Of a DNA stretch of 64,000 nucleotides, positions 1 to 12,566 are shown piece after piece. The stretch is from the NCBI RefSeq assembly GCF_041956535.1, contig NW_027192204.1, positions 561,140-625,139 on the forward strand. Direction: 5' to 3'. A model generated the notes under the pieces. It had not been told where the DNA came from, ran no database searches, and worked only from the letters and a program-made list of their open reading frames with translations. This DNA is from Calcarisporiella thermophila CBS 279.70 (lineage: Eukaryota; Fungi; Calcarisporiellomycota). Made by a program: the position numbers and the translations under genes. Numbering within the stretch: the first letter of the stretch is position 1; every line of letters starts with the position of its first letter.

Positions 1-1
1 T

Positions 2-1246
2 GCGCTGGCCTCCTACCGGTCGGGCTCGGTGGTACGTGTCCTGCTCAACCAGGTGCCCAAACATCCACAACTGATGTTTGGGCGCTTTCTAATCCGTGGC
101 AAGCATCCTACGCAAAGCTTTGCCTATGCATGGCGGCTCAAATCCAATGATCGCATGCTCGCGCGGATTTCCGCCTGGATGGGTTACATTGTGCACCAGC
201 TCGGCCAATGGGGGGTCCTGTATTTAGTGCATCGGAAGGGAGTGGCGTGGGGGAATCACTACGGCCCCCTCAACTGGCTGATGGTGGGGGTCAATGGATT
301 CGGGGTCGCTTACAAATTCATCCAGTGCCACTGGCTCTATGGTGGCCTGGCAGAAGATTTTCCCGAGGCCATGGCACAGGCCTCGGTTGTGATGTGGATT
401 CCCATCGTGATGCTCATGGAGATGCCAAGGTAGATGGAGATGTCGTTCTTGTCGGGTGTGTGCGGATGTATGCTAATTCCATCCCTTTCCTCATTATGGC
501 ATGGATATCTCTCTAGGCGCGGCTTGGTCCTCGGGAACATCAAGAGATTTGCGTCGTCGAGCGAAATCGTGGCCTTCTTCCGCAAGTACCACGGATACGT
601 GATCAGGTAAGCCACACTTCGCACCATTTGCCCAGTCGATCCTGTGAAACGAACCCACATGAGAAACACTAGCTTCGGGGTTACGTTTACCTTCCACTAT
701 CACCCCCTGGAGGGCACGCTGGGACACTTGAGCGGCTTCTTCTACATGTTCCTCATGCTGTTTGGCCAGACGACCAATTTCGGTGTTCACGATCACCGCA
801 ACCGATCGTGGACCCTCGCGCTCGAGACGCTTGTGTGGCTGCACGCCGTGCTCACCGCGCTGCTGCAGACCGGCCCCCCGACGACCATCTTCTTTGGCGG
901 GTTCTTCACGCTCTTCTGCCTGTGCCAGTTCCACGGTGCGCCGTTCCTCTCCGGCCAAAGGCACCGGCTGCCCATCCTGCTGGGGGCGTGGCTGACGGTG
1001 CTGGGGGCGTGGCTGACCGCGACCAATGCATGGAGGAGGGCCTTCATGGCTGTGTTCATCCCGCTGTCGGAGTATTTCTATGTGCTGTGCTATGCGGTGG
1101 CCTTTTTCGCGGGCCGGCGGGTGTACGCTCGGCTTCCTCGCGGGTGGGTCGCGGTGGTGCTGAGTGCGCTGGTGAGCGCCCTGATGCTGGTGCTCATCGT
1201 GTACTCGCTGGGGGGGAACCTGTCGGTGGTGAACGACGAGTACTGA
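2..1246 (+). CDS. 5'-partial multi-pass membrane protein of an uncharacterised His-rich family (introns 430-516, 607-672)
   Basis: Splicing ORFs 29-433 and 644-1246 through a middle exon (517-606) gives a continuous hydrophobic protein: ...MEMPRRGLVLG...FFRKYHGYVISFGVTFTFHYHPLEGTLGHLSGFFY... Both introns are GT..AG and in phase. The frame is open from the window start. Confidence 0.75.
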
Positions 1247-1834
1247 GCATCGGGTGGCTTGTGCCAGGCGCGGAGTCGCATGCGCCGCTTAATTTATTTG
1301 CTTATTTATTTGGATTGTTGATAGCGCTTGTAACATGTAATTATACCGTTGAGAGCCTTGTTTGACGTCGCAAAACAAGGTTCGATCACATAATTAATTT
1401 CATTGGCTCAAACACCAGTGTGCCCCACTGGAGAGCATCGGTTTCCCGAGGCTTTTTATTTATCGACGTGGTGCGGGGAAGGATTGAGTGGTGTCTTTAA
1501 CCCTCATTTCCTCGCCCTAGCTCTCCACCCGATCGGCCGAGTCTCCCCTAAGCAAACCACCGGCCCACTATCCGGCCTCCCCCCTCATTTCCCCGCCCCT
1601 TGCATCGTTTATCCCGATGTTTGGCCGTTGGCCTCCTCTCTCGCCCGCCTTCTCTTTCCTCTCTGCCTCCTTCCATGCTAGCAATGTGCCTGTGATTCCA
1701 TAGTACTTTTTCTCTGGTTGCTGTTTCCCTCCTTCCTTTCCTTCCTCCCCCCCCCAGCCCATAGCTTTCCTCAGTTGTATTTCTTGTCATCTTGTCTTCT
1801 CTGATCCGATTGCATCCAAAGAGCCAGAGTGTAG

Positions 1835-3391
1835 ATGGCCGACGCTCCATTCCCGCACTACGCTCGAAGGCGAGGCCCTTATCCGTTCCGAGACGATTCG
1901 CCCCCGCTGGAGCCCCCCCCTCTTGTTCCCCCATCCTCCCACTATGCCACCACGTCCTCCTCTTCGTCCGCGCCCTCATTCTACACAATCCTTACGCCGC
2001 TGACCCATTCCTCCCTGGAAGATGACTCCCGCGGCATACCCTCGCTGGAGCCACAGCCTACGAGCCCAGAGTCGATACTGGCCTCCGCACTGGAAAGACG
2101 GTCGATCCCCTCCACGACAAGCGAGGAGTTTGAAAACCGGCCATTCACAAGCGGCTGCTGCCCACTACCATGCTTTCCGCGATGGGTCCACCTGCGGGAA
2201 CAGATACGACGGAGATCGTGGAGAAAGAGGAAAAGACGGTTCAGCCTTGGGGAGAGTACCGGCTCCCGGGAGTCTGGGGGATTTCAACTGTTAGAAGTGG
2301 AGATCGGCGTGGCGGACGAATTACGCAGGGAGATGGAGGAGGCCATGAGACAGTGTGGACTCGAAGATCGCTGGATCGAGCCGGAGAAAGACGAGGCGGA
2401 AACCGTTGACGACGAAGTGCTATTCAAATCGGATGAGTTCGGTTACGAGAGCAGAGGTGGGCTGTCAGAGGGCGCAACCGTCCGAGCGATGCCAGCTGCG
2501 TCCCCTCCCTCTTCAATCCTTTCCGCCACTCCACCTCTTCTCTCGCCCGCTGTACCGCCGCCCGCCGCACTACCGCCAAAGTCGGGCCCTGACCAGGCTC
2601 CGCCACTGCAAAATATTATGGACAAGCGAGAGCTGCTTGAGCTGGTCGAGGACTGCGGACGAAATCCAAGCGGCATTCCATCTTTAGCCTCGTCTGAAGC
2701 CAGTCCCAGCAAGGACGACTACAAGAAGTCCACTTGGGCTTCTTCGATGCTTACGAGAAGCGAATCTATCCAATCTACTTCCTCTTACTCCTTCTCATTC
2801 CACCCCTCCGTTCCCTCGCAGTCCATCCACACCCCCTCGCCGCAATTCTCGCCGCCCCTCTCGCCACCTCTCTCGCCCTCCCTCTCCATCTCTCCTCTAC
2901 AGCCTCCGCCGCCACAACCATCCTTGATGTCTCCCCCACGCACCCACCAGGTGGCCGAGAGCGGATCCCAAGGCGTGCGGATCGAAACCCATGCACGCCT
3001 GCAGATGGACTTGGTTGCTGCGGCTCACGGATCCCATGTAGGCCTGGGCACCGAGGAGCGGGAATCCTTTGTGACGCTGGAGAGCCATGAGTCGCTCGAC
3101 ACCTTCTCCAGTGGGCAAACCGCGCTTGAAGATGGCGATGCCGAGGGTGAAAAGAGGTTACCGGATTGCGCAAGGGAGGGATGTTATCCCGCTGAAGGGA
3201 AAGCGCGACGGGCTTCCGAGCCGGACACGCTCTACCGCCTACCCCATTCCTCGCCGACGCCTAGGTTCAGACGAGGTTCAGAGGGGGATCGCACTTGGGG
3301 AGGAGTTGTAGGGGTGCATGGCAGAGGAAGGACGCGCATTGTAGATAGAAGGTTGATTTCCTTCATTGACGGCCAACTCCCACTCTGTTGA
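1835..3391 (+). CDS. Hypothetical Ser/Pro-rich, largely disordered protein (518 aa)
   Basis: Long ATG-initiated intronless ORF with a pyrimidine-rich 5' flank and a T-rich 3' flank. No recognisable domain. Confidence 0.6.
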   Translation: MADAPFPHYARRRGPYPFRDDSPPLEPPPLVPPSSHYATTSSSSSAPSFYTILTPLTHSSLEDDSRGIPSLEPQPTSPESILASALERRSIPSTTSEEFENRPFTSGCCPLPCFPRWVHLREQIRRRSWRKRKRRFSLGESTGSRESGGFQLLEVEIGVADELRREMEEAMRQCGLEDRWIEPEKDEAETVDDEVLFKSDEFGYESRGGLSEGATVRAMPAASPPSSILSATPPLLSPAVPPPAALPPKSGPDQAPPLQNIMDKRELLELVEDCGRNPSGIPSLASSEASPSKDDYKKSTWASSMLTRSESIQSTSSYSFSFHPSVPSQSIHTPSPQFSPPLSPPLSPSLSISPLQPPPPQPSLMSPPRTHQVAESGSQGVRIETHARLQMDLVAAAHGSHVGLGTEERESFVTLESHESLDTFSSGQTALEDGDAEGEKRLPDCAREGCYPAEGKARRASEPDTLYRLPHSSPTPRFRRGSEGDRTWGGVVGVHGRGRTRIVDRRLISFIDGQLPLC

Positions 3392-3975
3392 TAACTCGAA
3401 CTCTTAGTATACCACTCTCCTCCCTCTATATTTTCTATCTTTTTTTTTTTTCCTTCCCAAACTATTAATATCTTTCTTCTGTAATTTCTTTTTCCTCCCC
3501 CCTTTACTGTTTATGTCTTTTTAAATGGTACATTATCCAATCTCCCCTTGTTTTCCATTATCTTGTGTCTTTTTTTGTTTTACACTATGTTTGATATCAC
3601 CCTTGGGAGCACGGTGGGCGAAGTGTGTATTTCCTTCTCACGTGGTCCTGATTCTATATACTCTTCCTGAAATCCCCTACGGCTGTGTATTTCCTGTTGA
3701 AACTGGATACTTTCATTGTCACTCACCTCTAATAAACTTAAAAGAACGTACTTTATAAGTTCATATTAGAAAAAATGGGGGGGGGGGAGGGGCTGACAAG
3801 GACGTGGCGATGAAGGAAATAAAATAAAATAAAATAAAATTAAAAAAAAAATATATACGGGAAAACAAAGGGGCCGAAAACAAACATGAATGAGCAAGGA
3901 AGTGCGCGAGAGTGAGAATGGGAGGAGAGAGGGAGAGGGAGTGCACCAGGGTCAACCAGGGAAAGCCACGCTCTG

Positions 3976-6900
3976 CTAAATCATCCCGAATCCCTCGGAA
4001 TAGTTGCTGATGGCGGTGATCAACCGTTCCCGCAGTTTCTCCTTCGTGGCATACTCACAGAGCAGCAGCACGTTGTAGCACGTATGGGACGTTGGCAGCC
4101 GATCCGAATCCCCCCCGTTCTTAGCAATGACAAACTGCAGCTTGGCCAAGCCTCCGATCGGCACGCGATCGCTTCCGGTCGTGAATGCAAGGAGCCGTTT
4201 CTTTTGCTCGTCCGAGAAGGAGTGTACGATCTCCCAGAAATTCCTAGGTTAGAGGGGGAGAGGAAGGGGGGGGGGGGGGAGGGATTAGAGAGTAAGCACG
4301 GGCGATATCGCCGAGGTGGGGCGGGCGACCCCAGCGGATGGGCCTCTTACCGTATGACTGGAGAATCCTGCCGCCAGCCGCCATCATATCGGGTCACCTT
4401 TTCCAACGCTTCAAAGTCCAGGTCCTGGCTTCCGCACACCAGCTGCTCGACCTCCTCCGGCCGGAACATGCGAATGGCGCTGTTGGCACAGACCATGTCG
4501 AAGCCCTCCTTGAACGCCTGGAACTGCCGCTCGACACTCTTGGTGAGCAGAAAGCTCACATACAGGTCCACAAACTCCTTCCGGTTGTCGTTGGTCAGCT
4601 TGATTGAGGAGCCGTTCGGCTTCAGGTCGTACGCATGGCGATGCCCGTCGAAGGATTCGAGCTCCACCTGAAAGGTCCAGTTGTACGCAGGCTCCACGTC
4701 GCCATCAAAGTCAAGCAGCTGCTGAAGCCCCCGGCCGAGCGTCGGATCCAGCTGGCTGAGGTCGTCAAGCCCCACCGGCTGATTCATCAGCTTCTTGTAG
4801 AGGCAGAGCGGGAAGTTCACGTTCAAGATCACCGAGTTGTAGATGGCAAGGCCGATCATGCGACCCACGAGACGATACTCGTCTAGCGCGCTCTCGTCGT
4901 CGAAGGGGTTCGCATAGAACCAAGACAGTCGTGACTCCTCGTTCTGCTTGAACATACCTATACATCATGCCCCATGTTAAAAGAGGGAGGCACAGCGTGA
5001 GCATGGCTGTCTGCGACGCAAAAGACGGCAAGTTCGGCCTACCATATTTTCGATCGAACATCTCTCGCACGACCAGTTGGAAGAATTCCTTTTGGACCCC
5101 CCCCTCGTCCACCCCTTCCTCCCCGACAAATTGCACCTTCAACTGCTTCTTCAAATCCTGCGGGTTCCGCGACTCGAGCTATTTCGAACGATTTGTCAGT
5201 TCAATGACACCCCAAGCCACAGCGGTAGACATTGCAGGCTTTACCTGATAAAGTGCATCGCGAATAATATGGTCTCTCCTAACCTCCAACACTAAAAATG
5301 GGCTGTTGACACCCTCGAACAGAGCACGAAAGAATGCATCCTGCAACTCGTATCTCATTTGAACCATGCTCTCGATCTTGAGAATATCCGCTTTTGTCGC
5401 CGGACTGAGGATGAATGGGTAGGTGCAGAATGAAAAGCTATTTTGGAGAGCATCAAACATAGAGTTAGACCAGGGATGGGAAGGGACCCTATTCAATACA
5501 TACCGCTCGCCAGTTTTAAAATTGGGAAAGTCTTCCTTGATGTCTATCAGTTCATTCACAGCGTCGTTGTAGAATTCCGTGTAAGGAATGAGTTGGTGTT
5601 GATCGTTTAAATTATCTATGGAGGAGGAAGCAAAGAGTCAAGGGATAGTATGGGTGAGAGGAGAGAGGGGAGGGGGAGGGGAGCACCCATTCAGTCAATA
5701 TTATGAAGAAAAGGATACAAAACATGTCTAGGCACATGGTCGCATTGATGACGGCCTGGTCTTTATTGGGTGTGACGGTATGGTCAATTCGTGAGAGGAG
5801 TCGCAGCGTGATAAAGTGCTGGAACACACTCACGACATGTTGGAAGTGCATAGTGACCTCGTGGCGTCGAGTTTCGATCCCTGCAACAAGGTGACGACAT
5901 AGCTTTTCGCGGAAGGGAGGCGGCAGCTTGCACATCACTTCGCAGAGATGCCCGAGCACCTTGGTAGAGATGGAGCGGTCCGCCTCAGACTGATTTGCCG
6001 GGTCCATTAACAGAGGATTCTAAAACGCCCATTCGTTAACGAAAAAGTAAGAACAAAGACGAGGGCTGCACACATCACTTGCCTCAAGTATAATGAGAAA
6101 GACGGGAAGACAATCTGCTTCGATTGCGTGCGTACCATGCTTGACTCGATCAAGCAACGATAGCGTGCCGGTAATCAAGCAATTCGCAACATCGCGAGGA
6201 CACTACGATTCGACAAAAAGAATAAGACCTCCAGCCCACCGATTTAGCTGCACGGCGTATTCACTATTACCTTTGAAATAATGATATTGTAGCACTCCTG
6301 AACATTCTTAAAGTCCAGTAGTTTTCCAGGCTGTAGAACAACACAAATGGATCAATGTAGACCTGGCTATGTTTGAAATAACCTCGCTAACACTCACTTC
6401 GCAAAAACTTGCTGAAAGTCTCTTGCAGTCGCTAAAAACATCATGAACAATCCTACCGAACTTTTTAAAGTCACCGGTCGCCTCACTCTCAGCAATCAGC
6501 TGTTTTAACGTGTCTAATTGAAGGTTAGAAATAGTTCCTAGGCGTGAAGAGCCATCTATCAATAAGCCGATCGGGCTTGGAAAATCTCAAATCTTGGATA
6601 GTTACGAGATCCACCGGTATCGCCCTTCCACACGTCCATAAATTCCAGGTGGTTCGGACATGATCTCTCCCGCTCATACCTCCCGTCCACGTTAGAAGAA
6701 AATGCGGGGGAACGTATTTGTGTCTGTTCCGCTAATTCGTGTGGGGATATTCCAGACAATAGTGATGGGGTCGGCTCATCGACACGAAAGGTAGGCGAGG
6801 GCAATGAGTTGGGATTGTCACGATAGAGCCTAAATGCCCAACGATTCGGATGCTGTGTAGGGAAGGGGGAATGCGAGCCTGAAGAGGTGGTGGCGGTGGT

Positions 6901-7409
6901 GGGGGTGGTGCTTCCCGCGGAAATGGAGGAGGAATGAGACGCGGAGATTGTGGAGACAGGAGATTGTGTTCCGTGACGAGCGGATTGAGAATGAAAAAGT
7001 GCAGCGCGATGATTGGAAAGTGGTTGCGTAGAATAAGGATAGCTTGAGGAGGAGGATCGTGTGGTTTGGGTGGGGGTGGAGGGCGAGGCGAACTGTGACA
7101 TGGGGGAGTAGCGCATCTGTCGCCAGACGCTATAAGAGAGCGTGCCAGGAGCTGGTTAATAAACAGAACATGGAGGGTGATGCAGAAAAGCCTGGCGGCT
7201 GGGCCAGAGACACAAATCACATGAATTGCACTGTACCTGTTATCTGAATTATTGCGCTGGAGAGGATCTGTGGAGGTGCCAGTGGGGGAGCGGTAGGCGC
7301 TGTTGCGATCTAGCCACTCCCTTCCCCTGCTCCTATTTATTCCAGAGGAGTCTATTGAATCATCTGTTGTCGGATCATAGGATGGATTAAAATCGCGCGG
7401 ATCTGCCAT
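3976..7409 (-). CDS. HECT-domain E3 ubiquitin ligase (HUL4/HECTD2/UBE3A-like), multi-exon
   Basis: HECT motifs [33 protein letters not shown] and the catalytic [14 protein letters not shown]...EGFGMI*. Upstream motifs are ILENPLL and PYTEFYN. The start ATG at 7409 (MADPRDFN) is inferred. Confidence 0.9.
5616..5718 (-). other. U12-type (minor spliceosome) GT-AG intron in the HECT E3 gene
   Basis: 5' splice site GTATCCTTTT, branch-site-like ATCCCTTGAC about 20-25 nt before the TAG acceptor. Removal joins [20 protein letters not shown] in frame. Confidence 0.8.
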
Positions 7410-7682
7410 CCTAGTAGGTTGATGACAAGTGTGAGATTTCAAGAGATGCAGAGTGTGCCGAGTATCTTAATTTCGGCAAACTCTTTCTGAAATCCATTGA
7501 AAGAGAAAGTCACACGAATTTGAACACTCAGAAGCGGTACACCGCGTCTCCACTCACCCATCCCTGTCGGCTGTCGCAGACCTCGCCAACCTATATGTGT
7601 GCTGATGCCATCTCTGCTTGACCCTATTGTCCTATTGCAGTGATCTAGCCCTTGTTCTTGCTTGAATCCCGATCTTGCGGAC
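7410..7682. promoter_or_regulatory. Short divergent (bidirectional) promoter region between the HECT E3 gene and PAN3
   Basis: Head-to-head start codons about 270 bp apart. No specific element was identified. Confidence 0.45.
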
Positions 7683-10514
7683 ATGACAGAGTTCCAATTG
7701 CCACAATCTCGTGGATCGGCAGCCGTCCCCATCATCGCTCCCACCGACGATGCATCGCCTGTCAAAATGCCGATAAAAGTGACCTCACCTTCATCAAAAA
7801 GTTGGTCCATTACCTTAGGTTCCCCAATGCTTTTCTTACAAGCTGTTGTTTTTCTTGCAGATTCAGCAAATCGACAGAGAACGTGCCGTAATGTTATAAT
7901 CCATGGATTTTGTAAATTTGAAGGGAAAGGCTGCGAATTTAACCACGATCTGGTACGAGGCCCTCCCATTATTCCGGAGATCTATCATTGTATTTACGTA
8001 TTTTTCTTACTCCAGGGACAGTCAAACAAAGAATCGTCACGGCCAGCAACTCCAGAGTCGACCAAGCCGAAGCTTCGGCTGTCGTCTCCCGAATTCAAGC
8101 CTTCCATGGGATCACAATCCATTTCAATAGATGCAGTAAAAGCACCCGTGTTTGTTCCTCGGAATCAGAGTGAGTATACCATGTTTTCTTTGGATTTTGC
8201 TTTTACTGAGGCTCCTCTACTTTCTTGCAATAGCCCCCCAGCAGGTGGCCATGCAACAATCCTATTACGAACCTCAAGCGCAATATAGTGTTGAAGGGTA
8301 TTTGGTGGATCTTGGACTATTGAGTGGAACCTATCTCGGCCTCACACTATTTCTAATTTTTCAGCTCGAACGATCCATTTGAGCCTAATCGGGTCCTCTT
8401 TCCCCCCTCGAGCGAGCCTCCTCCGTCGGGGGAATTCTCTGGGGCATTCACCAACTCCTTTTCTCATTTCGATCACGAACTAGACGTTAGTTTCGCTCAT
8501 TCATTCTCTTCGACCTTGGTTTAACCTATCTAAAATCTTTGCGTAGCCAATGAATCCTTTCGCACCCATCCCAATTTCCTCCGCACCTCCTCCCACCCAA
8601 AAAATGCTCACTGATACAGGAACAGGCCTCTATTCTGCGTCTGACCACATGTATTACTATTCCGGGAACAACCCATATTTACGACAGCCGGTAAGTATTT
8701 AAATGTGGAGAGGCGTCTGACCTTTTAATGATCTTGTTCCCCACTTTTCCAGCTACAGTATAATTTTTATACTGGAGATCCCCCTTACAAGCACCTGCGC
8801 CTCAAGCCCAATCAACGCACCATCCACAGCTTTTTCATGGACTTAAACCTATGGGAGGATCTGCAACGCAAAAGCGAAGCCACCTTTCAAACTCTCAATC
8901 CATCCGACTTCAACTTGCCGACAGAAATCCACGTGTACCACTCGCTCTACCCCCTGGATGAACAGCCCGACACAGCTCCGAAACTTTTCGGATATCCGAC
9001 ATCCGTGTACAAAGCAACCTGCAAGCTAGATAATCGATGTTATGCGCTAAGAAGAATCGAGGGTAACCTTTGCTTTAGAAATACAATACTGTAATGGAAG
9101 GATTAATAACTTTTTTTTGACTCCCCTTAAGGTTTTCGTACCACTCAGGAGTTAGCCCTAGTCGCTGTCGAGAGCTGGCGTCGTATCCGCCACGCAAATA
9201 TCGTTTCTATTCGCGAAGCTTTTGTTACCAATGCATTCGGAGACCATTCCCTTGTTCTCGTCTACGATTATCATCCATGCTCCACTACACTCTTCAAACA
9301 TCACTTCGGAAAGCAGCAGGGTGGCCAGGAAATTATCCCAGAACGTACACTATGGAGTTACATCTGTCAACTGGTGTCTGCGATCAAGACAATCCACACT
9401 GCCGGATTGGCGGCTAGAGTTATTGAGCCTACCAAGATATTATTGACAGGAAAAAACAGGTAACTCAGGGTGATGCTAAACCGATTTTTGACAAGCTATT
9501 CATCGCCCTTTTCTTTCTTCAAGGATACGATTAAATTGCTGTGGTATATTTGATATCATACAATTCGATGGCGGGAAGAACGTCGCCCTATTCCAGGTAA
9601 TTTACGCATGGACATTTAATGGAGGGTAATTGCATGCTTACACTCTTTTACCCATCCATATACATTCCTTGTTTTAGCAAGAGGATTTCCTGTATCTCGC
9701 CCGTCTTATCATCACCCTTGCCTGCAACTCCCCGACAGCCACCCACAATCTCCCAAACTCACTGGAGTTTATGACGCAACACTATTCTGCGGATCTCAAG
9801 AATTTTGTTGTTTATCTCCTCAGCCAACCAACGCACATGCTGAAGAATATCAACGACGTTATCACGATGATAGGGCCAAAGATTTTGGATGAAGTCGACA
9901 CCATCCATCGGTATGTCTACAGGTTGTCAGTGCTCAATAGGAATATAACGGTGTTAACTGGTCCTGGTTTTACTTAGCCATAATAACTGGTTAGAGAGAG
10001 AGCTCGGGAAGGAGGTTATCAATGGACGGATTGTGCGATTACTATTTAAAATGGGTTTCATCAATGAGCGTCCAGAGTAAATTGCTTAGCCTCTCGATTT
10101 TTCATTCATTCGAATAATTCATTCCAACCCTTTTGTAGGTTTGATATGGATCCAAGTTGGTCAGAAACGGGAGATAGATATCTCATTAAGCTGTTTCGCG
10201 ATTATGTTTTTCATCAGGTCGATGAACACGGGCGCGCAGTATTGGACATGGCACATGTAATATCCTGTTTATCCAAGGTAAGCGTCCGATCCTTCTCTCC
10301 CAGAGTGAACGGGAAGCGAGTTAGACTGGAGAAGTTTCGGTTTTCTAATGTAATACAATTCATTATTTTTTCCTTGTAGCTGGATGCAGGAGTCGACGAA
10401 AAAATCATGCTGATGTCACGAGACGAGCAATCTTGCTTAATAGTGAGCTATCGTGAATTGCGAATGTGTGTGTTGAATGCATACAACGAGCTATCAGCGG
10501 CTGCGCAACGATGA
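7683..10514 (+). CDS. PAN3: PAN2-PAN3 deadenylase subunit PAN3, multi-exon
   Basis: N-terminal CCCH finger [22 protein letters not shown]. Pseudokinase region YHSLYPLD...[10 protein letters not shown]...YALRRIEG. C-terminal [25 protein letters not shown]...[24 protein letters not shown]. Confidence 0.95.
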
Positions 10515-10874
10515 AATTGGTTAGTTTAATGGTTCATTTTGCTTTTGCTAATTCTTTCCCTGTATGCTATTTCCTTTAGTAAATTCATTTGCTTTTTTTT
10601 TCCTTTTTGCTTTCTTCTCCACTAATTAAATAAAAGATTCTTTTTTACCAATCTGCTCTAAGTTCAGGGATATCTAATGGAGACAAAGCTATTATTGCGC
10701 CGCGGCGAAAGCTTTATTTAATTTGTCCCGTAAATGGTAGTAGAATACCGTCATCCTTTTTTCATAGAAACAATAAATCGCGATATCCTATACTATGTTG
10801 TATTCTATAATAACATTAAAATTTCAAAATTTTCAGTTAAACTAACAGCAAAGTATTTAATCAAGTAGAAAACT

Positions 10875-11375
10875 TCAATTTTTTAACACTTTTTCTGGGA
10901 CTTCGGTTTTCTCTCTTGCTTCAGCAATGTTTTTAAATGGCCGCTTCGAGATAATTTGCTCTGCGTATGCTGGCCTCATCCCCCTCACCCCGAGTAGATC
11001 CCGAGGGTTTGCCGTATTAATATCTAATGAGCCTATAACCGCAAAATAATGTGCTCTACCAGCAAACCGCCCAAAATAATCAACCCAATTTGTTACATCC
11101 ACAATCCCAGAGCGTTCTGGTAGAACAAGATCATCGATTTGTGTGGTGGTAAATAGGAGGAAAAAATCTCTCTTCGATGCAGCTTTATTTCGTTTGCTTA
11201 GATATTTATCCGTTCATATTGTTGATTTATTGTATATTTTGTATTGGTGAACCTCATTCAATCCTTTGCACTCATATCCAGTGTCTATCCCCAAAAATAA
11301 GGCCGATGTTCCGTTAAGTATAATACGTTTACAATCCCGAGCATTAATTTTTCTCCCGTTAGGTCCGAGACGTCA
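10875..11375 (-). pseudogene. 3'-terminal Crinkler fragment (REase remnant plus HhH tail)
   Basis: Translates as ILNGTSA-LFLG...EVHQYK...LPERSGIVDVTNWVDYFGRFAGRA...LDINTAN, paralogous to the 12567-15093 gene. The PYGDS segment is missing, there is an in-frame stop, and the 5' part is absent. Confidence 0.8.
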
Positions 11376-11649
11376 TTATACTTAGGTTAAGTTAGGTTAA
11401 GTTAACTTTTGCTCATTATTCCCTTTTATTTTCGACTGCAGATCATCTATATCTTGAGATCCATCAATTTCGATGGGAAATGGCAGCGATCCACTACATA
11501 GAATCAGATAATTGTGCCTCATAGTTAGAGTATCATTCTAAAAACGAGTATCAATTCAAGCTATTTTTTGACATCAACTATAACTAATCTTTGTTCAGAA
11601 AGATATCTTCTTTACTAGTGTCCAAGACAGTTTTGAAACTTATTAAATC

Positions 11650-12140
11650 ACCCCGTATTGCAACTAGGGTTCCAAAAGAAAAAGTGGAGAGGAAATAGAG
11701 AAGGAGGCTGACTATGGGTATGATGGAAAGGGATTATTCCAGATTTGAGCAATTCAAAGCTGAAAAACCTCGAAAAATTTAAACGCTTTCACCCTGATTG
11801 TAAAATTTTCAAGTCTAAGTTTTATTCACTTATAAAAAAACGGAGTATGTGCAAGGCGTGCATTGAAGGCAAGAAAAACCTCGATAGAATGCGCCGGTTC
11901 AGAAAGAAATCCGCATTTTGCTGGTAGATTCTTCGCGGAAGACGCAGAGTTATGTGAAAAAGAAGTTAGCAAGGAGGACCAAGAATGATTGGAGCGGTTG
12001 CAAGAAAACATTTCAATATATGCTTCCCACCAGTGCTCTGTGGAGGTCGACGTTTAAAAATGTGCTGCGAAGGGATTAAAGAGAACGAAAGGGTGCTTAT
12101 CCTTGACTTCAAGGAAAATTTCCGCCTAGAGTCCGGCTGG
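11650..12140 (+). mobile_element. Degenerate DNA-transposon (DDE transposase) relic, possibly Sola2-like
   Basis: Broken frames read KFKRFHPDCKIFKSKFYSL..MCKACIEGK..ASHQ..RVLILDFKENFRL. A CxxC followed by hhhDFxEN resembles the first catalytic-Asp region of Sola2-type transposases (family recalled from memory, not searched). Stops and frameshifts are present. Confidence 0.5.
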
Positions 12141-12566
12141 CCGTAGCTTCCCCTTAGGTTGAGAGTTTAAAAGTGTCTCTAGCCGCAAGATCACCGCCGA
12201 ATAGACTTCCAATCGACCACCAAAGCCGAAGGACGAGAGAATTATTGTTTGGAAACAGGTAAAAATTAGGATGGTTCACCAGCGAAGTTTAAAATTAGTT
12301 TATTCGTCTGAAATAATATTTCAGACAAGAATATTATTCTTGAATATATATTGTATTTTTAAGGAAATAATAATATTTTTGCAGAGAGTTCTGAAACGCT
12401 AATTCTTCAAAATCTAAATGCGGTGTGTTTGATCAAGCTTGGAAGCTCCCATATTATTAAATAACTTTTATAAATGCATTTAATCTTGCAGGAGATAAGA
12501 ACCATTTTATTAAAATGGAGGTATCACGAAACAACTAATAGATATTTTAAGTAATATATTACATTA

